Of a stretch of 64,000 nt of DNA, positions 47,028-56,844 are shown one piece after another (the first letter of the stretch is position 1; the number at the start of each line of letters is the position of its first letter). The stretch comes from Squalus acanthias. Its lineage: Eukaryota. The notes below the pieces were generated by a model. The model was not told the DNA's origin. It saw only the letters and a list, made by a program, of their open reading frames with translations, and did not search any database. The stretch lies in NCBI GenBank assembly GCA_030390025.1, contig CM059438.1, positions 64,110,001 to 64,174,000 on the forward strand, written 5' to 3'. A program made the translations under genes and the position numbers.

Positions 47028-48873
47028 ATTGAGATAGAGGATCAGCCATGATCACATTGAATGGCGGAGCAGGCTCGAAGGGCAGAATGACCTACTCCTG
47101 CTCCTATTTTTCTATGTTTCTATGTTTCTATTCGACTTACTTTGAATACCCATGAAACAGTTGCCAGGGATTTAGACTGAAATGACTGACAACTCAATTC
47201 AAATAGGGACTTGGCACTCATACACTGAACCGAACCAATCACATCCCATTGCTTATGGTTGAATCAGAGGGTTTGTGTCTTATTGAGTGGCGGAGCAGGC
47301 TCGAAGGGCCGAATGGCTTACTCCTGCTCCTATTTCTTATGTTCTTGTGTAAGAACTAATACCACTGAGCTTAAAATCCTTGATCTAGTTCCTAGTAGCA
47401 TGGTATAAAACTGCTCTTAATCTGATATTAAACTGGCAGTTGTAGGGGGTGGCGTGGTAGGATCAGCTTCACCTCTGACTCAGTGAGCGGTTCGAATCGC
47501 TCCCACTCCCCTGGTTCTAGACCTTGGACTTATTTGGGGTCGTGAACAAAGGTGCAGTAGACAACAGGTTTGATGAAAGAACTTTAACTTTTATTCAAGA
47601 AAAGGTAAATACAACACAAACAATCTTAAAACACACTTAATACTTAAACACAGGTTGGGGAACACGGTACAGGCGAGGGAGAATTACAGTATACAAAACC
47701 CCTTATCCCTCCCAATTCCACTACCTAGCTAGGTTTAATTCCAGAGGACCATGAATAATGCTCACCACTCCTTGACAGTTCTTGACAGTTGAGGTATTTC
47801 GCGATTTCGGGGTTCACTGGGGTTTTTGGTTGTTGGGGCCTGCCGTACCCCGGACGTGGTGGAAGACATCAGCTGCACTCCAGGTCAGTTTGGGTCTGTC
47901 CGCTGATGCGGTAAGGTGCGTATTGGATCTATCAGGTGAGTACACAATTTTCTTCGTTAGAGGTAGGGTTTAGAGTTTTTTAATGGAAAATCTTACCCAA
48001 GGGTAAGTCAGGAATAGTTTGTAGCGTGGAAACTTGCGTGTCTTCGGTTTTTCCTGGTGTTGGTCTTTCGGTGGTCGCGACGGCCTGGTTCGCACCTGGT
48101 TGGTCGGTGGCGTTGTGTTGGTTGGTTCGTGGGGCCTTGGTTGCTGCGAGGCGTTTGGGAACCTTTTTCCCAGTCGGGTCCGTCGATGACCCCCCTTACT
48201 GTGGCGTGTTGTCCTTGCGTGCCTCGGTACTGTTACTAACTTTAAACTGCCTCTCTGGACATCCTTGAACTAACTTTTAGAATAGTGTTGTAACAAACCA
48301 CACGGCTTGAACAGACACCACCACAGTGTCTCTCGGGTTCCTCGTGTCTTCTTGCCCGTGGCTTTAGGCCTGCCTGCCTTCTGAAGGTTCTTCTTGTGAC
48401 TCGTTCCTTGTTGCTTGGCTTTGGTGTCGCCCTCGTGTCATGTGTGTCGAACCTGTGCGGCTCTCTTTCTTCGCTTGCTTCGCTTGCTTCTTGGGGGAAT
48501 AGGCCCCCAATTATACTGTTCAGGGCTGTTGTGTTTTTTGCGCCAAACCTGCTTTACTAATCGATTTCGCGTTAAAGTGATTTAGGTTTCAGTTGAGGCC
48601 TGTTTATCTTCATGCCAAATCTCGCTTCTTTTGTCTTAGGTTTTGGCGGACTCGTTAAGTCTGATGACTTTAACTTTGTGTTAACTTGTCCTGATGGCTA
48701 CCGATGTCTTCCATTGAGACAGGGCCTCTATCTACGCGCCAAATCTCGCTTCTCTTGTCTTAGGTTTTGGCGGGCTTGTTAAACTGTTCCTGTCGATACT
48801 TAGCTAATCAGTTTTTGATGGGATGATGGGCTATGAAACTGTGTACTGGAAGTTTTATTGTTAGGAATTGTTA

Positions 48874-51514
48874 GGGGGATTTTAACTATCATATTAATTG
48901 GACAAATCAAATGGGGCAGGGCTGCCTTGAGGATGAGTTCATTGAGTGTATTAGGGATGGGTTTCTTGAGCAGTATGTAACTGAACCGACCAGGGGGCAA
49001 GCAACCTTAGATCTGGTCCTGTGTAACGAGACAGGATTAATTAAAAATGTCCTAGTAAAGGATCCCCTTGGAATGAGTGACCATAACATGGTTGAATTCC
49101 ATATTCAATTAGAGGGTGAGAAGGTTGGATCTCAAACAAGCGTGCTAAGCTTGAATAAAGGAGACTATGAAGGTATGCGAGCGGAATTGAGTAGAGTGGA
49201 TTGGGAAAATAGATTAAAGGGTAAGACGACACATGATCAGTGGTGTACATTCAAGGAGTTATTTTACAACTTCCAAAAAAAAAATATTCCACTGAAAAGA
49301 AAAGGGTGTAAAAGAAAGGACAGTCATCCGTGGCTAAGTAAAGAAATTAAGGATAGTATTCGACTAAAAACAAGGGCATATAAGGTAGCAAAATCTAGTG
49401 GGAGGACAGAGGATTGGGAAAACTTTAAAAGGCAGCAAAAAATAACAAAAAGATTGATTAAGAAAGGGAAGATAGATTATGAAAGTAAATTAGCAAAAAA
49501 TATAAAAACAGATAGTAAGAGTTTTTATAGTTATATAAAAAGAAAAAGGGTGGCTAAAGTAAATGTTGGTCCCTTAGAGGATGAGACCGGGAAATTAATG
49601 GTGGGAAATATGGAGATGGCAAAAACACTGAATGAATATTTTGTATCAGTCTTTACAGTAGAGGACACTAAGAATATCCCAACACTGGACAAACAGGGGG
49701 CTATAGGGGGAGAGGAGCTAAACACGATCAAAATCACTAAGGAAGTGGTACTCGGTAAAATAATGGGACTCAAGGCGGATAAATCACCTGGACCTGATGG
49801 CTTACATCCTAGAGTCTTGAAGGAAGTGGCGGTAGGGATTGTAGATGCATTGGTAATAATTTTTCAAAACTCCCTGGATTCCGCTAAGGTCCCGGCAGAC
49901 TGGAAAACTGCTAATGTAACACCCTTATTTAAAAAGGGCAGTAGACAGAAGGCTGGTAACTATAGACCGGTTAGCCTAACATCTGTGGTAGGTAAAATTT
50001 TGGAGTCCATTATTAAGGAAACAGTAACAGGACATTTGGATAATCATAATTTAATAGGACAAAGTCAGCATGGTTTTACGAAGGGGAAGTCATGTTTGAC
50101 AAATTTGCTGGAGTTCTTTGAGGAAGTAACATATAGAGTGGATAAAGGGGAACCAGTGGACGTAGTGTATTTAGACTTCCAAAAGGCATTTGACAAGGTG
50201 CCACACAAAAGATTATTGCTTAAGGTAAAAAATCACGGGATTGGGGGTAATATTCTGGCATGGATAGAGGATTGGCTATCTAACAGAAAGCAAAGAGTTG
50301 GGATAAATGGTTCATTCTCAGACTGGCAATCAGTAACTAGTGGTGTTCCACAGGGGTCAGTGCTGGGTCCCCAACTCTTCACAATCTATATTAACGATTT
50401 GGAGGAAGGGACCAAGTGTAACATATCAAAATTTGCAGATGATACAAAGATGGGAGGGAAAGTAGTGAGTGAGGAGGACATAAAAAACCTGCAAGGGGAC
50501 ATAGACAGGCTAAGTAAGTGGGCAGAGATTTGGCAGATGGAATACAACACTGGAAAGTGTGAGGTGATGCACTTTGGCAGGAAAAATCCTAGAGCAATTT
50601 ATTATCTTAATGGCAAGAAACTGGAGAGTACTGAAGTGCAAAGGGATCTGGGGGTCCTGGTGCACGAAACTCAAAAGGTTAGTATGCAGGTGCAGCAAGT
50701 GATTAAGAAGGCAAATGGAATGTTGGCTTTCATTGCTAGGGGGATAGAATATAAAAATAGGGAGGTATTGCTTCAGTTGTACAAGGTATTGGTGAGACCG
50801 CACCTGGAATACTGCATACAGTTTTGGTGTCCTTACTTAAGGAAAGACATCCTTGCTCTCGAGGCAGTGCAAAAAAGGTTCACTCGGTTAATCCCGGGGA
50901 TGAGGGGGTGGTCATATGAGGAGAGGTTGGGTAGATTGGGACTCTACTCATTGGAGTTCAGAAGAATGAGAGGCGATCTTATTGAAACATATAAGATTGT
51001 GAAGGGGTTGGATCGGGTGGATGCGGGGAGGATGTTCCCGATGACGGGTGAGACGAGAACTAGGGGACATAGTCTTAGAATAAGGGGCTGCTCTTTCAAA
51101 ACTGAGATGAGGAGGAACTACTTCACTCAGAGGGTGGTAGGTCCATGGAATATGCTGCCACAAAAAGCTGTAGAAGCTACAACATTAATTAAATTTAAAA
51201 CAGAAATAGACAGTTTCCTAGAAGTAAAGGGCATTAAGGGTTACGGGGAGCGGGCAGGAATTTGGACATGAGTCTAGGTTCGGATCGGTCATGGCCCTGT
51301 GGGTAGTGGAGCGGGCCCAGGGACTGTGTAGCCTGATTCTGCTCCTATTTCGTGTGTGCAATTCTGTTAGATGCAGGAGATGGTTCTGTGATAGATAGTA
51401 GATTGGCGGTTAGGATCAGATCAGCCATGATCTTATTGAATGGCGGAGCAGGCTCGAGGGGCCGATTGGCCTACTCCTGCTCCTATTTCTTATGTTCTTA
51501 TGTTCTTATGTTCT
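48874..51514 (+). mobile_element. Young 5'-truncated CR1 LINE nested in LTR 2
   Basis: Begins at GDFN of the endonuclease; ends in (ATGTTCTT)3. Confidence 0.95.
48911..51271 (+). CDS. CR1 ORF2, uninterrupted 786 codons (endonuclease C-terminus + complete RT); lacks most of the endonuclease
   Basis: LDLVLCNE, SDHN, KSPGPDG, NYRPVSLTS, LDFQKAFDKV, SGVPQGSVLGP, KFADDTK without stops. Confidence 0.9.
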   Translation: MGQGCLEDEFIECIRDGFLEQYVTEPTRGQATLDLVLCNETGLIKNVLVKDPLGMSDHNMVEFHIQLEGEKVGSQTSVLSLNKGDYEGMRAELSRVDWENRLKGKTTHDQWCTFKELFYNFQKKNIPLKRKGCKRKDSHPWLSKEIKDSIRLKTRAYKVAKSSGRTEDWENFKRQQKITKRLIKKGKIDYESKLAKNIKTDSKSFYSYIKRKRVAKVNVGPLEDETGKLMVGNMEMAKTLNEYFVSVFTVEDTKNIPTLDKQGAIGGEELNTIKITKEVVLGKIMGLKADKSPGPDGLHPRVLKEVAVGIVDALVIIFQNSLDSAKVPADWKTANVTPLFKKGSRQKAGNYRPVSLTSVVGKILESIIKETVTGHLDNHNLIGQSQHGFTKGKSCLTNLLEFFEEVTYRVDKGEPVDVVYLDFQKAFDKVPHKRLLLKVKNHGIGGNILAWIEDWLSNRKQRVGINGSFSDWQSVTSGVPQGSVLGPQLFTIYINDLEEGTKCNISKFADDTKMGGKVVSEEDIKNLQGDIDRLSKWAEIWQMEYNTGKCEVMHFGRKNPRAIYYLNGKKLESTEVQRDLGVLVHETQKVSMQVQQVIKKANGMLAFIARGIEYKNREVLLQLYKVLVRPHLEYCIQFWCPYLRKDILALEAVQKRFTRLIPGMRGWSYEERLGRLGLYSLEFRRMRGDLIETYKIVKGLDRVDAGRMFPMTGETRTRGHSLRIRGCSFKTEMRRNYFTQRVVGPWNMLPQKAVEATTLIKFKTEIDSFLEVKGIKGYGERAGIWT

Positions 51515-52859
51515 TCCAGCATCCTGTCTGGACCTGGGGATTTCAAAAGGGGTCTTGGTTTATTCATTTTTGAATGTGTTTGTGATGTTTTGGATGAGGC
51601 TCTTCCTCCTTGGTTGGATTGCAGTGCAAACATCTCCCAGACAGCTTGACTTGGTCCCAATACCCAAAAGCTGTCCACTGCCTCACCACACCCCTTCCCG
51701 CAGCCTGTGTTTCTGTGACTGCAGGTTTACCCAATGGCCCTTTTAAAAAGGTATCTTCTCATCCAAAGTCATTTTCCTCAGGTTTTTTTCCTTCCTTGAT
51801 CCTTTTTAAAATGTACTTCAAAACTGAGGTGTTGACCTCAAATTCCTTCATTTCGGTCCCACCATTCCAAATTCGTGTTAAGATCCAAAAATCACCCCCT
51901 TTAGGGTTCTATTCGAGTTTCTGGGGGATTTTGCGAAGCCTACACAGTCTATTCAAAAGCTCACTCAGAGAATTGACTGAGGCCCTTTATTTGAATTTCT
52001 AATTGATTTGGATTGAATTTGAATCAACAGCTTAAGTAAAAATGCAAGGTTAGGGATTTGAGGTGATGCAATGATGGTGTCATTTTTAGTGATGGCGACG
52101 TAAGAGACACTATTCTCACAGTCAGGATTTCTCAGGCGAGTGAGTTGCGTTAATGTTGCCGGGGCCATCAACGGGAGGGAAGCTGGATTTGTCCCACCAT
52201 TCAATAGCGCCCTGCCCCACCCTTGCTGGCCAGCCAACGACTTGACTTCATAAGAACTGTGACCATTTCCTGCCGTTGAGCTGTTCTACTCCTCAAGGGA
52301 GATCGTTTGGATGTGTGGGCAAATTAGGGGATGGCAGTCATTAAAGAACAAAGTCAAAGGAAATTGGATGGGCGGAGAAATCAGGATTTAAATATTTTCT
52401 TTAACATTTGTGCCACAGTATCAATGTAGCAGCATAATTGGATTAAAAATTTGAAAATGGTTCCCGAATATTCATGAGCTACGTAGGGCATAAATCGGGC
52501 ATTTCTCCCACGGCGGGGAGAAGGTTAACATAATTTTGGACGGGCCCAAGATCTGTCAGGTTTCCACCCCATTTGTGCAACTTGGTAAGTTCCACCTGAA
52601 GTGGGTGCAGATGAAAGAAGCACCCAGCCCCCCTCCGGCAGAGCGAGGAGAACGATGTAGTAATGGCGTGATGACATCATCCGTTACAAATACTATTGTA
52701 TCCGGCTTCGCAGCCGCCCTACAAGTGTACCCATATTAAAAGCAGGCTATTTTGCTATCGTATTAATGCTTACCAGACTAGCTGCTCAAGGTGCAAGTGA
52801 CCTCTTAAAGGAGATCTGCTGCACCTTTGATGATGATGCTTTGACAGCATATCCGCTCT

Positions 52860-53510
52860 ATCACCAAGACCGCCTATTTCCACCTCCGTAACATCGCCCA
52901 TCACCGTCCCTGCCTCAGCTCATCTGCCGTTGAAACCCTCATCCATGCCTTTGTTATTGCTAAACTCGACCATTCCAATGCTTTCCTGGCCGGCCTCCCA
53001 CCTTGTACCCTCCGTAAACTTGAGCTAATTCAAAACTCTGCTGCCCATGGCCTAAATCGTACCAAGTCCCGTTCACCTATATTCGCTGACCTACGGCAAC
53101 ACCTCAATTTTAAAAATTCTCATCCTTGTGTTCAATTCCCTCCATGGCATCACTCCTCACTATCTCTGTAACCTCCTTCAGTCCTACAACCCTCTGAGAT
53201 AGCGGCACTCCTCCAATTCTGGCCTCTTGTGTATCCTCAAATTTCATCACTCCACCATTGGCAGCCTTGCTTTCAGTTGCCAGGCCCTAAACTCTGGAAT
53301 TCCCTCCCTAAATCTCTCTGCCTATCCACCTCTCCTCCTTTAAGATGTTCCTTAAAACCTACCTCTTTGACTAAGCTTTTGGCCATCTGTCCTAATATCT
53401 CCTTATGCAACTCAGTGTCAAATTTTGTTTGATAATCACTCCTGTGAAGCGCCTTGGGACATTTTACCACACTAAAGGTGCTATATAAATGCAAGTTATC
53501 GTTGTTGTTG
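52860..53510 (+). mobile_element. L2 3' fragment, degraded
   Basis: Homologous to 15780-16451; tail GCTATATAAATGCAAGTTATCGTTGTTGTTG. Confidence 0.87.
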
Positions 53511-53599
53511 ATCTTGCAATCGGCTATAACTTTGGATTTGCTCAAGTAATTTATTACTACATCATCAAAACAGTCAAATACATACGTATTTTTTAAAAT

Positions 53600-53772
53600 T
53601 TCATTCTTGGGATATGGGCATTGCTGGCAAGGTCGGCATTTATTGCCCATTCCTGGTTGCCCTTGAGAAGTTGGTGGTGAGCCGCCTTCTTGAACCGCTG
53701 CAGTCCATGTGCTGAAGGTACTCCCCCAGTGCTGTTAGGGAGGGAGTTCCAGGAATTTGGCCCAGCAATGAT
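53600..53772 (-). mobile_element. 3' end of the second CR1/L2-group LINE family
   Basis: Matches 25045-25200 (GCATTTATTGCCCAT...GAGCCGCCTTCTTGAACCGCTG). Confidence 0.8.
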
Positions 53773-56177
53773 CTGCACAGTGCTGCCCCCTATGCCAGTG
53801 AGTCTTGTTTTCTGGCCTGATCCAGCACTCCTTCCAAATAAGGGCCAGGGGTGCGAGAGATAGACGGCTGTGCCACATTAGACTGAGTCTCTTGGGCTGC
53901 TGAGTCCAAGGATGGACGTGTAGTGGCTCCATCTCCAGTATGATCATCTGTACAGCCTGGTTCTGCCTTTCTGCTGCTACCTGTGAAGGTATCTGAGAGG
54001 ACTGCGTGGAGCACTTACCTTTGATGCCAGCACCTGCTAAGACCAAGATCTGTACACCCAGTGATCTGTGGGAGAACAGACCTAATGGCAGCACTGATAT
54101 CTTGTCCGTGCTTTGTGCAAATTGACTGCTGCGTTTCCTACATTTCAAGGTGACTACACTTCAGAAGTATTTCATTGGTTGTAAAGCACTTGGGGAAATC
54201 CTGAAGTCATAAAAGGCATTACAGAAATGTAAGTCTTTCTTTATTTCATAGGGTAGTGGATAATTGCAATCGGTGGATAATCAAGGGTCCCCAAAATGTT
54301 GGTCTTACTCATATGGTACAGCGATGTCCTCGGGATGAGAATGAAGGAGAGTTCAATACGAATAAAAGCATATTTTGTAGTTTTATTCATAATATTATTT
54401 ATTGATAGGTTTTGCTCTGTAAAATTCTGGTGCATAATTGAGACGACGGATGAAAAGAGAGGAGATAATGGGGATTTCAATGTGCTTGGAAATGTTCTCT
54501 TCATACTCTCCAACCCCAAAAAATGTTTTTCACTGTTGCGCATTTTCTTGTGCATGATTGTCCAATGCATTTTCTTCAACTCACAAAGACCTTTGGGGAG
54601 CGTGACAAAGTATAACCTGTGCTGTGCGAATTGAACAGCACAGCAAAATGTCATTGTATTGATTAGTTCATTCATCTCTTATTCTACACATCTGCAGTTT
54701 TTGTACAACCAATCAAAAACACACAAGGACAACACAAAGCACTTGAAATCTACTGAGCAAGGTACAAAATCAAGCAGGGTAGTTCCTGATCTGTTTTTAA
54801 CCATTCCGCTGCCTCTGTCGGACAACTCTCCTTGCAACTTGCCATAGCCAGAACCTATTTGAATGAAAGGTAATAAACTGTGCAGATGTTGTAATATGAA
54901 ATGATTTTGGTTTCCAAACGTATAGTTTTGATGTGGGTTTGTGTCCCATTGAACCATAGAGGTTTTCAGTATAGAAGGAAGCCATTCGGCCCATCGACTC
55001 TTTGCTAAAGTAATTCAGAACGAATCCCATTGTGTCGCTGTCTCTCCATAGTTCTTTCTTAATTTAAATCTAACCTTACTGCACCACTGTCTCTTCATAG
55101 CCCTGCATCTTCTTCTGCTTCAAATATTTATTCATTTTCCATTAAAGCTGGTCTCTACCTCAATCATTCCCTGCAACAAAACATTCCATGCTCCATCAAC
55201 CCCCTGTAAAGTAATTTCTCTTAACCTCTCCCCTCAGTCTTTTTAATTTACGAGGGGGGGAATAATTCGTGTTCGCCGACAAAGTTGCTGGTGTCACCGG
55301 CAACTGCAGTTAACGGCCGCTGGAAATGGCCACCATGCTAACCGAGTGAAATTGGTCTGGGGGGCGCGTGGAGATAGGTGGCGCAGCGCTCACCTTCCAT
55401 GCAACACCCTCCTGGTGGCGTCGCTGGAGGGATCCGGGACAAAGCTCCTGTCCCGGTCCGGCGTTACAGCTTCCCACAGCCTCTGTGAGCGAAGCTGTGG
55501 AGCTTGCAAGGAATTGTGGGCAATGAAGAGCTCTGAGAATTAAAGGGGCCACGCACGCTGAGGCAATACAAAATAAAATGCAGTGAATCAATGCATTTTT
55601 CAGCCCTTTCCTGCCTTTTGAGAAATATTCAATATTTAAAAGAAATTCCAAATGTGAATATTCAGCTGTTAAAACTGAATTACCTTCCTTACCTCAACAA
55701 ATGGGAAAACTGCCTCAGCACTAACACAAATGGCTCAGCAAGCCAGGGAAGGAGAAGTCTATTTTTCTCGCTAAAGTTGGCAATCAATTCAAGAATATAT
55801 GCCAAGAACTTGAAAGGAATCAAACAAGGACAACAGATCTAACATTCCATTTTAATTTGAAGTCACTTCGGTTTGAAGAATTGCCTTGAAAGCAGACGTC
55901 ACTGTAGAGAATATAAAACGAAACACTGGTACTATTTTGGTACATGTCATGTCAGAGAATCGTGGATTCATACAGCACAGAATGAGGCCATTAGGTCATT
56001 GTACCTGTGAGCTACCCAATTAGTCCCACTCCCCTGCTTTTTCCCCCTAGCCCTGCAATTTTTTTCCTACTTCAAGTATGTCTAAGGTATTTAAAATAAA
56101 GTTCAGTCTTTAAATTTTGAAACAAATCATACTCGACAAGCAGTCGTGGTGCTCTGATGATGTGATTTAAACTCTAC

Positions 56178-56258
56178 GGAGGTCAATTTCAACGCCAACA
56201 GTTGGGCGAGCTGCTGTGCCAAGTTACTGCCCAGGGGGTGAGTTTGAAAATTACCCCC
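56178..56258. mobile_element. 81-bp minimal MITE
   Basis: Ends GGAGGTCAATTTC / GAAAATTACCCCC with TAC duplicated at 56175-56177 and 56259-56261. Confidence 0.55.
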
Positions 56259-56844
56259 TACATGGGTCAGTGATTTAAATTTGGAAAGTAGTTTCTTGGA
56301 TAATTATCAAAGGTGAAGTTGCGCATTAAGTAATGGGAGCCACAATCCAGTGCTTCGGAATTGTTGAGGTCAATCAGTGGGGGTCGGCGAGTTTGGTGTA
56401 AATGAGAGAAAACGAGGTAAACCTTAGCGTGAACTGCTCCAAGCCTGGTGTGCTCGTATCTTTAAAACTCTCCTTTTCTAACATATAATAAATGACATAC
56501 CAGTGGCGATGGGTGTTGGATTGAAGGCTTAGTGGGGAGTGCAGTATTTACCAGCAGGGGGAAGGGAAACCAACTGGATGACCCAGTCTGGGCAGAAACT
56601 CAGACGCTTCTCACAACTGGCCAGAAAGGACATTGGTAAAGGTCGGGTGTTGTGAGGCCACCTACCCTATCCACAGCAGAGCTGAGCTGACCCCAGATGG
56701 ACAGAATATTGGGCATCAATTTACTTCTTTTTGAAAACTTGCCAATTAAAAAATTACATAAATTGCAACACAGCTGTCGGGAGGAAGTTTCGTCCCAGTG
56801 GCGTACCCGATCCTTTACTTATCTTGTATTACTTACCAATTACT

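Larger units (their letters stand above)
44377..47130 (+). mobile_element. CR1 3' end split by a solo LTR
   Basis: RGHSLRIRGR...GIKGYG..GIWY to 44587, resuming AGATAGAGGATCAGCCATGATC at 47032 with TTTCTATG tail; compare the uninterrupted copy at 17727-18140. Confidence 0.92.
47441..51944 (-). mobile_element. Long solo LTR 2 (about 1.86 kb without its nested CR1)
   Basis: TGTAGG...CCTACA termini, CAGT duplicated at 47437-47440 and 51945-51948; right end TTGCGAAGCCTACA matches LTR 1 TTGCGAATTCTACA. Confidence 0.85.

Noticed and set aside
54241..54675. Opposing 144-aa and 112-aa ORFs as single-exon genes
   Set aside because: No recognisable domain; they extend into a SINE remnant and AT-rich UTR-like sequence.
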